Below, one piece after another: positions 9,801-19,926 of a DNA stretch of 38,253 bases (positions within the stretch are counted from its first letter, which is position 1; each line of letters opens with the position of its first letter). Position numbers and translations under genes: made by a program. Origin of the DNA: Promethearchaeia archaeon (GTDB lineage: Archaea; Asgardarchaeota; Lokiarchaeia; Sigyniarchaeales; SOKP01); contig JAHQWL010000051.1 of assembly GCA_029856155.1 (NCBI GenBank), positions 1-38,253 of the forward strand, read 5' to 3'. The notes beneath the pieces were generated by a model, which did no database searches, was not told the DNA's origin, and saw only the letters and a list, made by a program, of their open reading frames with translations.

Positions 9801-10376
9801 ATGATAAAATTCCCGAATAAATGTATAAAATGTAAAAAAGAAGATCTTCCTTTAAATGATTTTATTTATACAAGAATTTTATTTGTTCGGAAATTTAAAT
9901 CAATCTATTTTAAAATTCCTGTTTGCGATAAATGTAAAAAGGAATTAGCCAAATACGAGAGAATCTTGAGGTACTTAAAATTAAAAAATAGTTTTTTTTG
10001 TATATTTTGTATTTCAACATTTTTTATATATACATGGTCTAGCTATAATCAAAACGTAAGTCCAGCACTAATTATTTTTACAATTTTTATATCAATTCTT
10101 TCTGGATCGTTAACAGTACTGCTTTTAATATTACATATAATATTTTATTTGAAAAAATATGATAGAATTAGTAATTATGTTGAAGTTAATACAGATGGAT
10201 CAATTTTTATTAAAGATCCAGAATATAGGAAAGAATTTGAACAATTATCATTAGTTAATGAAGACGAAAAGGAAAATGAACTATATAATTGCCCCAATTG
10301 CAATACACTAGTTCTAATAGATATGGAATTTTGTCATGTCTGTGGGGAAGATTTAAGGAAAATTCCTAAGATATAA
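9801..10376 (+). CDS. Membrane protein with N- and C-terminal zinc-ribbon motifs
   Basis: CIKC...CDKC, two hydrophobic helices, then CPNC...CHVCG. Confidence 0.7.
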   Translation: MIKFPNKCIKCKKEDLPLNDFIYTRILFVRKFKSIYFKIPVCDKCKKELAKYERILRYLKLKNSFFCIFCISTFFIYTWSSYNQNVSPALIIFTIFISILSGSLTVLLLILHIIFYLKKYDRISNYVEVNTDGSIFIKDPEYRKEFEQLSLVNEDEKENELYNCPNCNTLVLIDMEFCHVCGEDLRKIPKI

Positions 10377-10496
10377 TCTTCCACATTAATTTTTTATATC
10401 TTATTAATAAAACTTAATAGGATATAAAATAAATAGTCATAATCTCAAGTAGATATTTAAAAGTAGAAGATTTACCAATCCAATTTGTTTCGTTTA

Positions 10497-10919
10497 TCAT
10501 TGAGCTTTCAGAATTCTGTGTTTTAAATCATCTGAAATAATTGCTCTTTTCTTTTTTTCATAATCATACCAAATAATATGAGCTTCACCTTCAGCAGCTA
10601 TTCGTTCTAAGTTTTTACTAGATAACACATGCTTTATAATTATTTTAGATCCTTCTATTCTAGTAATTTTTGCTCCAACATAAACAGTGTCTGGATAGAA
10701 CAGTGGTGCTTTATAAAAACAACTTTGAAAAGATAAAATTGGTCCTATACGTGCAGTTGTAGGTTCTTCATAAATATCTAAAAATTGAAATAATGCTATT
10801 CGTGAACTTTCAAAATAACGATAAAATATTGTATTATTTACATGCCCTCTAGCATCCATATCCCCCCATCGAACGGGTATCTCTTCTACTACAGTATAAT
10901 CTTTTAAAAACTCACTCAT
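10497..10919 (-). CDS. Acyl-CoA thioesterase (4HBT/YbgC hotdog fold)
   Basis: VRWGDMDARGHVNNTIFYRYFESSR signature and YKAPLFYPD; AGGAG SD. Confidence 0.88.
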   Translation of the reverse strand: MSEFLKDYTVVEEIPVRWGDMDARGHVNNTIFYRYFESSRIALFQFLDIYEEPTTARIGPILSFQSCFYKAPLFYPDTVYVGAKITRIEGSKIIIKHVLSSKNLERIAAEGEAHIIWYDYEKKKRAIISDDLKHRILKAQ

Positions 10920-11124
10920 CTTGTCTACTCCTATTCTTTAATAAATGTATCAATTGATTTTATAATTTATTAGTTAAAAGTCCTTATAATGTTAATTTAT
11001 TAAACTCTTTTAGTTTCTATTTAATACTTCATAACACGAATATTGATAACTCCAAGAATCAATTTTAAATTAATACTATTTTATTGAATCCAGAATTTAG
11101 AAACTCAAACAAAATGAAATAATT

Positions 11125-11610
11125 ATGACAGAACAAATAATAGAGTTAAAAGTTGGAGCAGAGGCACCTAATTTTTGTCTTCCAGATAAAGATAATAATA
11201 AAGTCTGTTTGGATGATTTTAAAGGAAAATTTGTTGTACTATACTTTTATCCGAAAGATAACACGCCTGGCTGTACTACTGAAGCGATAGGATTTACGGG
11301 AATTTTACCCAAACTGGAAAAATTAGATACTGTTGTAATTGGAGTTAGTCCTGATAGTCCTGAATCTCATGCTAAGTTTATTGAAAAGAAAAATTTGAAG
11401 GTTACATTACTTAGTGATATTGATAAAAAAGTCATTAAAAAATATGGTAAATGGGCTAAGAAGAAATTTCGAGGAAAAGAATATATGGGTGTTGTTCGAA
11501 GTACCTTCTTAATAGATCCTGATGGAAAGATAGCACATATATGGTCAAAGGTTTCCGTAAATGGGCATCCTGAAGATGTTCAAAAGGTTTTAACTAAATT
11601 AAGAAAATAA
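11125..11610 (+). CDS. bcp: Peroxiredoxin Bcp/PrxQ
   Basis: YFYPKDNTPGCTTEA, GVSPD, LLSD and RSTFLID motifs. Confidence 0.92.
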   Translation: MTEQIIELKVGAEAPNFCLPDKDNNKVCLDDFKGKFVVLYFYPKDNTPGCTTEAIGFTGILPKLEKLDTVVIGVSPDSPESHAKFIEKKNLKVTLLSDIDKKVIKKYGKWAKKKFRGKEYMGVVRSTFLIDPDGKIAHIWSKVSVNGHPEDVQKVLTKLRK

Positions 11611-11631
11611 TTTTAATTTTCACCTTAAATT

Positions 11632-12210
11632 TTGGAAATGGAACAAAATATGAATGTGAAAGAAGCAATTGAAGAGAGAAGAGCCTTTAGATCTCTTGAC
11701 CCTGTAGAGATTTCTGGTGATTTGATAAATGATTTAGTAAAAGTTGCCCAAATAGCTCCATCTTGTATGAATAAACAACCATGGAACTTTATTTTTATAA
11801 CTGGTCGGGAACAATTAATAAAAATATTTAGTATGCTTTCATCTGGAAATAAATGGGTCGAGAAAGCTTCAATGATTATAGCAGTATTCAGCAAACCTGA
11901 ATATGATTGCATTATTGGAGAACGCCAGTATTACTTATTTGACACAGGATTGGCTACCGCTTTTTTGATTTTACGAGCTACTGAGTTAGGTCTAGTTGCT
12001 CATCCTATAGCGGGATTCAAAGAAGATGAAGCTAAAAAAATCCTAGAGATCCCTGAGGAATTTAGGCTTATTACACTAATCATTATTGGAAAACATTCCG
12101 AAACCATTAATCCGGTTCTTTCTGAAGCAATGAAATTAGGAGAAAAGCAAAGACCTCCAAGGAAAAAATTGGAAGAATTTACATTTATGAATAGTTATAA
12201 TAATAGATAA
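11632..12210 (+). CDS. Nitroreductase family flavoprotein
   Basis: RRAFR, APSCMNKQPWNF and ATELGL motifs. Start may be ATG 11638 or 11650. Confidence 0.88.
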   Translation: MEMEQNMNVKEAIEERRAFRSLDPVEISGDLINDLVKVAQIAPSCMNKQPWNFIFITGREQLIKIFSMLSSGNKWVEKASMIIAVFSKPEYDCIIGERQYYLFDTGLATAFLILRATELGLVAHPIAGFKEDEAKKILEIPEEFRLITLIIIGKHSETINPVLSEAMKLGEKQRPPRKKLEEFTFMNSYNNR

Positions 12211-12233
12211 ATTTTGGAGATAGCCATTAAAAA

Positions 12234-14318
12234 ATGACTTCAAATTTAATAGAAGGAAAAAGAAATCATCTTTCAAGTGAAAAGAGTCCTTATTTACTTC
12301 AACATGCCAAGAATCCAGTAGATTGGTATCCTTGGGGAGAAGAAGCTTTTAATAAAGCAAAACAAGAAGATAAACCAATCTTTTTATCGATAGGGTATTC
12401 TACTTGCCACTGGTGTCATGTTTTTCTTCACGAATCATTTGAGGATGAAGAAGTAGCTGAATTGATGAATAAGATATTTGTATCAATAAAAGTGGATAGA
12501 GAAGAACGTCCCGATATAGATAAAATCTATATGACTGTATGTCAAATGATGACCGGCTCAGGAGGTTGGCCACTTACCATTATCATGACCCCTGATAAAA
12601 AACCTTTTTTTGCAGGAACTTATTTCCCTAAAGAGACTCGGTTTGGACGAATAGGGTTAATAGATTTAATTAAGCGTATTAAAGATCTATGGGCTAATCA
12701 AAGAAATGAGATATTAAATTCTGCGGATCAAATTACATTTAGTCTTCAAAATATTGATCAAGAATCACCTGGAGAGGTATTTTCAGAGAGCACTCTAAAA
12801 AAGACATATAAGCAATTATCAATACAATTTGACAGTGTAAATGGTGGTTTTGGAGATCGTCCTAAATTCCCTACACCGCACAATCTTATATTTTTATTAA
12901 GGTATTGGAAACGTACTGGAGAAAAAAAAGCATTAGAAATGGTAGAGAATACACTTCAGGCAATGAGAAAGGGAGGTATTTATGATCATATTGGTTTTGG
13001 ATTTCATAGATATTCAACTGATTCAATTTGGCTTGTTCCTCATTTTGAGAAAATGTTGTATGACCAAGCATTAATTGCAATTGCTTATATTGAAGCTTAT
13101 CAAGCTACTAAAAATGATTTTTACAGAAAAACAGCTCAAGAAATACTTTCCTATGTTCTAAGAGATATGACTTCTCCAGAAGGGGGATTTTATTCAGCTG
13201 AAGATGCAGATAGTGAAGGGGTGGAAGGAAAATTTTACGTATGGTCAAAAGAAGAAATGGAAAAAATTCTTGATAAGGATGAATTGAATTTAGCAATTAG
13301 AACGTTTAATATTGAGGAAGCTGGTAATTATCTTGAAGAAGCATCCGGGAGAGAGACGGGTAAGAATATTTTCCATTTAAAAAAATTTCCAGATAAAGAA
13401 TCACTTGAAGAAATTGAAAAAATACGGTTAGTTTTGTTTAATTTAAGAGAAAAGAGGATACATCCTCATAAAGATGATAAAATATTAACTGATTGGAATG
13501 GATTACTAATAGTTGCTCTTGCCAAGGCAGCAGTAACTTTTCAAGAAAAAGAGTATTTAGAGTTTGCAAAGAACGCAGTTGATTTTATACTTTCAAAGCT
13601 TCGAGACTCTAATAAAAAAATACTTCATCGATATAAAGATAGTAGTGCTGAAATTCAGGGTTATTTAACAGATTATGCTTTCTTCATTTGGGGTCTTATA
13701 GAATTATATGAAGCTACTTTTGATATTTTTTACTTAGAAACAGCTCTCGAATTACATCAGATCCAAATAGAAGATTTTTGGGATGAAAATATTGGTGGGT
13801 TTTATTTTACAGCTAAAGATGGAGAAAAATTATTAACTAGACAAAAAGAAATTTATGATGGAGCTATTCCCTCGGGGAATTCAATTGCGATGTTAAACTT
13901 GCTTAGATTAAGTAATATTACTGGAAATTATGAATTAGAGGAAAAAGCAGATATTTTAAGTAGAGTATTTTCTAGCAAAATAGAAGCGAGTCCTCTTGCA
14001 TATACTCAATTTTTGGTTGCAATAGATTTCGCTATTGGTCCAACTTATTCATTAGTTATAGCAGGTGATTCAGATACTAAAGATACTAATGAATTAATAA
14101 GAATTATTCAAAAGGAATATATTCCGAATAAAGTGATTATCCATAGAAACACAGAAGGTGAATCTTCAAGAATGGATGGATTGTCGAATTTTATCCAATT
14201 TTTCATTAAGTTAGATGATAAAGCAACGGGATATGTTTGTATTAATAAAACCTGCAAACCTGCAACATCAGATCCTGAAAAAATAATTGGACTACTAAAT
14301 GCAGAATGGAAAATTTAA
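12234..14318 (+). CDS. YyaL/SPATA20-like protein (thioredoxin-like domain plus six-hairpin glycosidase-like domain)
   Basis: [54 protein letters not shown] and [10 protein letters not shown]. Confidence 0.9.
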   Translation: MTSNLIEGKRNHLSSEKSPYLLQHAKNPVDWYPWGEEAFNKAKQEDKPIFLSIGYSTCHWCHVFLHESFEDEEVAELMNKIFVSIKVDREERPDIDKIYMTVCQMMTGSGGWPLTIIMTPDKKPFFAGTYFPKETRFGRIGLIDLIKRIKDLWANQRNEILNSADQITFSLQNIDQESPGEVFSESTLKKTYKQLSIQFDSVNGGFGDRPKFPTPHNLIFLLRYWKRTGEKKALEMVENTLQAMRKGGIYDHIGFGFHRYSTDSIWLVPHFEKMLYDQALIAIAYIEAYQATKNDFYRKTAQEILSYVLRDMTSPEGGFYSAEDADSEGVEGKFYVWSKEEMEKILDKDELNLAIRTFNIEEAGNYLEEASGRETGKNIFHLKKFPDKESLEEIEKIRLVLFNLREKRIHPHKDDKILTDWNGLLIVALAKAAVTFQEKEYLEFAKNAVDFILSKLRDSNKKILHRYKDSSAEIQGYLTDYAFFIWGLIELYEATFDIFYLETALELHQIQIEDFWDENIGGFYFTAKDGEKLLTRQKEIYDGAIPSGNSIAMLNLLRLSNITGNYELEEKADILSRVFSSKIEASPLAYTQFLVAIDFAIGPTYSLVIAGDSDTKDTNELIRIIQKEYIPNKVIIHRNTEGESSRMDGLSNFIQFFIKLDDKATGYVCINKTCKPATSDPEKIIGLLNAEWKI

Positions 14319-14415
14319 GAAGAATTAGTAAAATTTTCTCTTTTTAAAAAAATTAATTTATTTAAGAAATATATGAAGATTATTAATTCGTTAAAAAAAA
14401 TCTCTAGTTATCTCA

Positions 14416-14523
14416 TCAGTTATCGTCAAAATCTTCTTCAAAATCGCCATCGTTATCCCAATCTTCGTCCTCGTCCTCGTCATCATCATCCCAATCGTCT
14501 TCATCATCTTTCTTTTTTGCCAT
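14416..14523 (-). CDS. 35-aa hyper-acidic micropeptide MAKKKDDEDDWDDDDEDEDEDWDNDGDFEEDFDDN
   Basis: ATG at 14523 with GGGAGGA SD 7 nt upstream (14531-14537). Synonymous GAT/GAC and GAA/GAG codons are mixed, as expected of protein-level selection. Ends TGA TGA. Below the ORF-track length cutoff. Confidence 0.75.
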   Translation of the reverse strand: MAKKKDDEDDWDDDDEDEDEDWDNDGDFEEDFDDN

Positions 14524-14635
14524 TTGAATATCCTCCCATTATATTATTTTTTTTTCTATTTTATAATTACTTTAAGTAGAAATAATTTTAATAGTATATC
14601 AATTAAATGAAATATAATGTGGTTTATTTAAATGT

Positions 14636-14672
14636 TTCTATTAGAAACGATTATTATCAAATTCTAATAGAA
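14636..14672. promoter_or_regulatory. Pair of TTCTAWTAGAA palindromes forming an 11-bp perfect inverted repeat (candidate operator)
   Basis: TTCTATTAGAA at 14636-14646 and TTCTAATAGAA at 14662-14672. The same motif occurs at 31812-31822. Confidence 0.4.
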
Positions 14673-14847
14673 GGTAATTATTGATTAATCAATAGAAAAT
14701 CTCCATGATATTTACTTTAAAGAATAATGTAAGATCAATAGGAAAAATCTCAACACAAATTCCCAGAATGTTAAATTATTATTCAATTTTTTAAATAGAT
14801 TGGGAAAATAATAAGTTAAAATTTTGGTAGTTATAGTTATAACTGCT

Positions 14848-15097
14848 TTATATTTTAAATTCGTCAATTTTTTGATTAACTAATTCCGTTAATTCACCTA
14901 TCGATTCTACTGTGTTCATTTCATCTTGAGAGATGAATCAATCGAATCTTGATTTATCTAAAAAATATACTGATGAAAATTTTGCATCAGCTAAAACCGT
15001 AAGTTGATTTGCTGATATCTTAATTTAAAAATAATTTTTTCACAAATTTCTCGAAAATTTTATTTAATTTAGTTTTTGAGAGCCATTTATCGATCAT
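14848..15097 (-). pseudogene. Possible decayed acyl carrier protein-like gene
   Basis: 15024->14848 reads IKISANQLTVLADAKFSSVYFLDKSRFD*FISQDEMNTVESIGELTELVNQKIDEFKI*, resembling the ACP C-terminal half. Another frame (15097->15020) reads MIDKWLSKTKLNKIFEKFVKKLFLN*. The DSL motif is absent. Confidence 0.4.
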
Positions 15098-15204
15098 GGG
15101 TAAATAGATTATATTGTTTTTAGCAATTTCTTTATTTTTATTGAGAATATTGAATAATAAAAAAATAAGTTAAAATTTAAAGGATTTAAATTTACTTCTT
15201 GATT

Positions 15205-15495
15205 TTATTTTTCTCGATACTCTTCGCCATCAACAATTTGCATTTCAGCAATTGAATCGATTCCAATTCCTTTGACATTTTCATCCCATATTTTGCGGAT
15301 TGATTCAGCATCTTTTGCATTCCATTCACAATATAACTTTTCATGATCTAATACTGCCCAAGTTCTTATCCAATAGGCATCATAATTACATGCTTTTCTT
15401 AAATTAATAATCATTTTGTTTTCATCTGGTGGTATTTCTACCAATTTCTCTAAAGCCTTTTGGGGTACAGAGTGTACTACAATAAATTTTACCAT
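15205..15495 (-). CDS. DUF4242-like small protein
   Basis: KFIVVH...WIRTW...KLYCEWNAKDAESIRK pattern. Confidence 0.65.
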   Translation of the reverse strand: MVKFIVVHSVPQKALEKLVEIPPDENKMIINLRKACNYDAYWIRTWAVLDHEKLYCEWNAKDAESIRKIWDENVKGIGIDSIAEMQIVDGEEYREK

Positions 15496-15707
15496 ATTAT
15501 CAACTTAATTTTTATTTTTTCTAATATATTGAATGTTTTAACTTCATTATGGATCTTATTTTTAAATTAAAGACAATTAACAAATATGTCAAGACATAAT
15601 AAAAAATTTTCTTACAATTTATCAATCATAGGATAAATCATTCTGTATTTGGTTTGAAATATAAAAATTAAAGTATTTTTTGGAAAAAAAGAATCTATTA
15701 TTTAGTA

Positions 15708-17705
15708 CTATAATCTATCGGTGATTATTGAATAAATTTGTTCAGCTGTAAACCCTTTAATATCTATTGCAGAACATCTGCAATTTCCTGAACAAGCACC
15801 ACACCCTTTACAGAGTGCCTCATTGATTTTAGCTACAGTTCCAAACCATCGGTCTTCAACAAGTTCAATTGCTCCATAAGCACAATTCTCGACACACATA
15901 CCACATCCTATACATCTTTCAGGTCGAACAACTCCAAAAAAGGGTTCTACTTCAACTTCTCCCTTAGCCATTAATACAGCAGCACTTGATGCCGCTCCTT
16001 TAGCTTGAGCTACAGCATCTGGAATATCTTTTGGCCCCTGAGCAACACCAGCAATAAAAATACCATCTGTTAAAGTATCAACGGGTCTTAATTTTGGATG
16101 TGCTTCTAAAAAGAATCCATCAGCAGATCTTTGAATTCTTAATAGAGAAGTTATTATATCTGCATCTACTCGTGGTTCTATTCCGGTTGATAATATAAAT
16201 AAGTCAACTTTTAATTCAACTGGTTGCTGAAGTAAGGTATCTTCCGATCGGATAATAATATTATGATCTTCATCTTCGGTAACCTCTGCGATTCTGCCCC
16301 TCACATAACTAATTCCATAGTTTCGGCTAGCAGATTCGTAAAATTCCTCATATCCTTTTCCAAAAGCTCGAATATCTATATAGAAAATATATATATCAGC
16401 ATCAGGATGTTTTTCTTTATATTGTCTTGCTTGTTTTGTAGCATACATACAACAAACTCGAGAGCAATATTGATTCCCTCCTTCTCTAAAATTCCTACTT
16501 CCGACACATTGCAGGAAAGCGATGCTGTGTGGTTCTTTTAAGTCAGAAGGTCTTACTGGTTTTCCTATAACTGGTCCAAAAGAACTTAATAAACGTTCCA
16601 TTTGAAGCCCCGTAATAACATTTGGATATATTCCATATCCATATTGCTTTAACTCTGTTGGGTCATATAAATCCCATCCAGTTGCTACAATAATTGTTCC
16701 TACTTTAACTTTCAAATATTCTGGTTGATCATCATAAATTATAGCTTCTGGTTCACATACATCAATTCTTGCACAAATTCCGCACTTAATACAATTATCC
16801 ATATCTATTGTATATTGCCCAGGAATAGCTTGGGGAAATGGAATATATATTGCTTTTCGTGCAGCTAATCCTAATTCGAAATCATTCCCTACAGTAACAG
16901 GGCAATAATCAACACACACTCCACATCCAGTACATTTTTTTTGATCTACATAATGAGGTTTTTTTAATATTGTGACTTCAAAATTCCCTATATACCCAGA
17001 CACTTCTGTTACTTCAGAATATGTTAAGAGTTCTATATTTTTTTCTCGTGATATTTCAGACATTTTTGGAGTAAGGATACAACTTGAACAATCCATGGTT
17101 GGAAATGTTTTGTCCAGTTGAGCCATATGACCTCCAATTGTAGGAGTTTTTTCCACTAAATATATTTTGTATCCCTCTGCAGCAAGGTCTAAAGCCGCAT
17201 TCATACCTGCAATTCCTGCTCCAATTATTAAACAAGATGGTTCTACTTTTACTTTCTGTATTTCAAGAGGGACTAATTCTCTTGATTTTGCTACTGCCAT
17301 CCTAATATGATCTTTAGCAGTTTCATATGCCCCTTCTGGATCTTTCATATGAACCCATGTTGAGTGTTCTCTAATGTTTGCCATCTCAAACAGAAATGGA
17401 TTTAACCCTGCTTCTTTACAAGCAATTCTGAAAGTAGGTTCGTGCATTCTTGGAGAACATGCAGCAACTATAACTCTATTTACTAATCCCGCTTCAATAT
17501 CTTCTTTAATCATTTTTTGACCTACATCAGAACAAAAGAATTTATATTCTCGTGCAACTTCTACATTTGGAAGAGTTTTGGCATATTCCACTAAATCTGG
17601 GACCGAAACTACACCACCAATGTTTATTCCACAATGACAAACATAAACACCAATCCTAGATCTTTCATTGCCAGTAATCTCAATTTCTTTTTTCGTTTCT
17701 GTCAT
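15708..17705 (-). CDS. hdrA: Heterodisulfide reductase subunit A (FAD, Fe-S; electron-bifurcating family)
   Basis: GVYVCHCGINI, ACSPRMHE, GAGIAG, LDKTFPTMDC, QCVGSR, YCSRVCC and HPKLRP; four CxxCxxC ferredoxin motifs. GGAGG SD. Confidence 0.95.
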   Translation of the reverse strand: MTETKKEIEITGNERSRIGVYVCHCGINIGGVVSVPDLVEYAKTLPNVEVAREYKFFCSDVGQKMIKEDIEAGLVNRVIVAACSPRMHEPTFRIACKEAGLNPFLFEMANIREHSTWVHMKDPEGAYETAKDHIRMAVAKSRELVPLEIQKVKVEPSCLIIGAGIAGMNAALDLAAEGYKIYLVEKTPTIGGHMAQLDKTFPTMDCSSCILTPKMSEISREKNIELLTYSEVTEVSGYIGNFEVTILKKPHYVDQKKCTGCGVCVDYCPVTVGNDFELGLAARKAIYIPFPQAIPGQYTIDMDNCIKCGICARIDVCEPEAIIYDDQPEYLKVKVGTIIVATGWDLYDPTELKQYGYGIYPNVITGLQMERLLSSFGPVIGKPVRPSDLKEPHSIAFLQCVGSRNFREGGNQYCSRVCCMYATKQARQYKEKHPDADIYIFYIDIRAFGKGYEEFYESASRNYGISYVRGRIAEVTEDEDHNIIIRSEDTLLQQPVELKVDLFILSTGIEPRVDADIITSLLRIQRSADGFFLEAHPKLRPVDTLTDGIFIAGVAQGPKDIPDAVAQAKGAASSAAVLMAKGEVEVEPFFGVVRPERCIGCGMCVENCAYGAIELVEDRWFGTVAKINEALCKGCGACSGNCRCSAIDIKGFTAEQIYSIITDRL

Positions 17706-17715
17706 TTTTTTCCTC

Positions 17716-18666
17716 CTAAGTTAATTGCTGTTTAACTATATTCAAGAATGGATCTATAGAAATAAAGGGAGAAACTCCTTGCAATTCATGATTTTTAACT
17801 AAACCTAATAAATTAGGATCCATTCCAAACGCAACTCCTAAAAGTTGAGTTATATATATTACAGGAATGTGAAATGGTTCCCCTATGATATCTCCATAAA
17901 AATTGTTTACCTCAACCTGCCCTAGGTCCAATTGAAGGTGGCAGAAAGGACAGCAGTTAATAATAATGTCTACGCCTGCATCTCTCATATTCACCAATTT
18001 TTCCCGTGTAAAATCTGCTGCAACTTCTTTAACAGCAGTTCTAACCGCTCCACCAGCTCCGCAACACATATATTTATCTTTATAATCAATACTTTTAGCA
18101 CCTGTTATTTCAACAATCTCGTCAAGAAATTCAGGAGATTCATATTCTCCATTCCATGGTCTTTTTTCGCTTGGTTTTACTATATGACATCCATAATGTA
18201 CGCCTACCTTTAAATCTGAGAATTTTAATTTGATGAAATCTTTTAAATAATCTAATCCCATATCGAGATATAAAGCTTGAACAATATGTTTTGGTTCAAA
18301 AGTACCTGTATATTTTCGACCAATTTTGGCGAGATATTCATTTACTTCTTTCTTTTTTTCATAATCATGCTCAAGTTCATACCAAGCATCTCTAAGAGTT
18401 CCATAACAACCATTACAGCCGGTGATTGGACTTACTCCTAATTCTTCGGCGATAGAGATATTTCTTGCAGCAATAACAAACCAAGTTGGTATATGAAATG
18501 CTCTAAAGACACCTGGAGCAGGACAACATGACGCACCGGGCAAATCTAATAGTTCAGCTCCTAGATGATCAAAAACATTTCTTATTGAAATTTCGATCAT
18601 AGGATAACGATTAGGAATTACGCAACCTAAAAAAAAACCATATCGCCATTTATAATCTTCATTCAT
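17716..18666 (-). CDS. hdrB: Heterodisulfide reductase subunit B
   Basis: FLGCVIPNRYP, SCCPAPG, CNGC, HYGCH, CCGAGG and CPFCHLQLD motifs. Confidence 0.95.
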   Translation of the reverse strand: MNEDYKWRYGFFLGCVIPNRYPMIEISIRNVFDHLGAELLDLPGASCCPAPGVFRAFHIPTWFVIAARNISIAEELGVSPITGCNGCYGTLRDAWYELEHDYEKKKEVNEYLAKIGRKYTGTFEPKHIVQALYLDMGLDYLKDFIKLKFSDLKVGVHYGCHIVKPSEKRPWNGEYESPEFLDEIVEITGAKSIDYKDKYMCCGAGGAVRTAVKEVAADFTREKLVNMRDAGVDIIINCCPFCHLQLDLGQVEVNNFYGDIIGEPFHIPVIYITQLLGVAFGMDPNLLGLVKNHELQGVSPFISIDPFLNIVKQQLT

Positions 18667-18668
18667 AT

Positions 18669-19271
18669 TTATTTCTCCTCATTCTTTTTTTCTGCTTTTG
18701 CTCTTTCTTCTTTTAGTTTTGCTGCATTATCCAATAGTTTTTTAAATCCTACAGCATTCATCAAATCTTGGCACTCCTTTAAAGCTTCAGGATAAGAATG
18801 AACTGTTGGAGGTAAAGGGGGTAATCCATAGGATTCTCTTAAATCCCTCCATTTCTTATTTGCTTCTCCGTTCGCGGGTACACCATGCCCAGTAGCATAG
18901 AATATATCATTAGCTAATCCAAAATGTGAATCTAAAATATAACCTTCTTCCACAGCAATATTTCTGAGCTTTATAATCAAATCGGTTACTGGAATATCAC
19001 GAGGGCATCTTTCATAACAATAATAACAAGTTGAACACATCCAAATATCAATGTCTTGTAAAACAGATTCGTCACCTGTTAATGCACGACGGAGAGCAGA
19101 ACGAGTCCTATATGCTGTTCGACGTCCACTTGGACAACTTCCAGTACAAGTTCCACAATTGATACATGCTCTTATTTTTTCTAATCCCGCGTCAACAAAC
19201 TTTTGTGCAATTCTGGAGTTTGTAGACTTATAGACCTTTCTTTTTATATACTTTTCTACATTTTCGCTCAT
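18669..19271 (-). CDS. hdrC: Heterodisulfide reductase subunit C
   Basis: CINCGTCTGSCPSGRRT and WMCSTCYYCYERCPR. ATG 19271 (MSENVEK) is preferred over the TTG at 19361. Confidence 0.93.
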   Translation of the reverse strand: MSENVEKYIKRKVYKSTNSRIAQKFVDAGLEKIRACINCGTCTGSCPSGRRTAYRTRSALRRALTGDESVLQDIDIWMCSTCYYCYERCPRDIPVTDLIIKLRNIAVEEGYILDSHFGLANDIFYATGHGVPANGEANKKWRDLRESYGLPPLPPTVHSYPEALKECQDLMNAVGFKKLLDNAAKLKEERAKAEKKNEEK

Positions 19272-19541
19272 TAGTATACCAAATCCCCTATGTTGTGTAA
19301 AAATCGATTTGCGATTTTGTAAAAAAACAAGGTATTTACAATTAAATGTTTGATCAAACAAATTGATTGATAATCTTAAGAAGGTAAAAGTATTTTTATT
19401 AAAAAAATTTGTTATCGATAATTCATAACAAAATTCAAAATAACAATTATTTCTTATATTTTACATTTTTATAAGGATTAAAAAAAAAGAAATTTCCAAT
19501 AAATAGGTAAGTATAGTTTTAATAATTTTTTGAGGAAATAA

Positions 19542-19796
19542 CTAGTTATATTTCAGTTCATCTTTATTGTTAGTATTACTATTTAATTCATCTAAATATT
19601 CAATTTGCTTTTCTCTAGATAAAAATGCTAATTCTTTCTTAATTTTTTTCTTCTTTTCTTTATCTAAATCCAATTGTTTTAATTTCTCTCGTATCTCTTT
19701 TGATAAAACCGTATAAATTCTCATAAAATACTTCTTTATTTCTGGTATATCTTCCAAATCCTCTTCTTCATCAAGATCTCCGTTTATATTTACCAC
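19542..19796 (-). CDS. Small charged helical hypothetical protein
   Basis: 84 aa with acidic N-terminus and Lys-rich helical core; GTG start. Confidence 0.6.
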   Translation of the reverse strand: MVNINGDLDEEEDLEDIPEIKKYFMRIYTVLSKEIREKLKQLDLDKEKKKKIKKELAFLSREKQIEYLDELNSNTNNKDELKYN

Positions 19797-19926
19797 CTAA
19801 TTAGACTAATTTTCAATAAATTCATAGTTATCTAATTTTTTGTTTTTAAGTTTTTCTAAATAGAGTATAATTTAAATCTATAATAAAAAATTTGGAGTCC
19901 AATTATTCTATAAATTAATACACAAT

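Noticed and set aside
14404-14424. TGA TGA GAT AAC TAG after the micropeptide as tandem Sec or readthrough
   Set aside because: More simply a short duplication of GATAACT at the gene end; no SECIS-like structure seen.
14373-14579. 68-aa plus-strand track ORF rich in R/P/H
   Set aside because: It is the antisense shadow of the acidic micropeptide, which has the SD and the coherent codon pattern.
15708-17705. Selenocysteine-containing HdrA
   Set aside because: The ORF is uninterrupted and has Cys codons throughout (e.g. DCSSC); no in-frame TGA.
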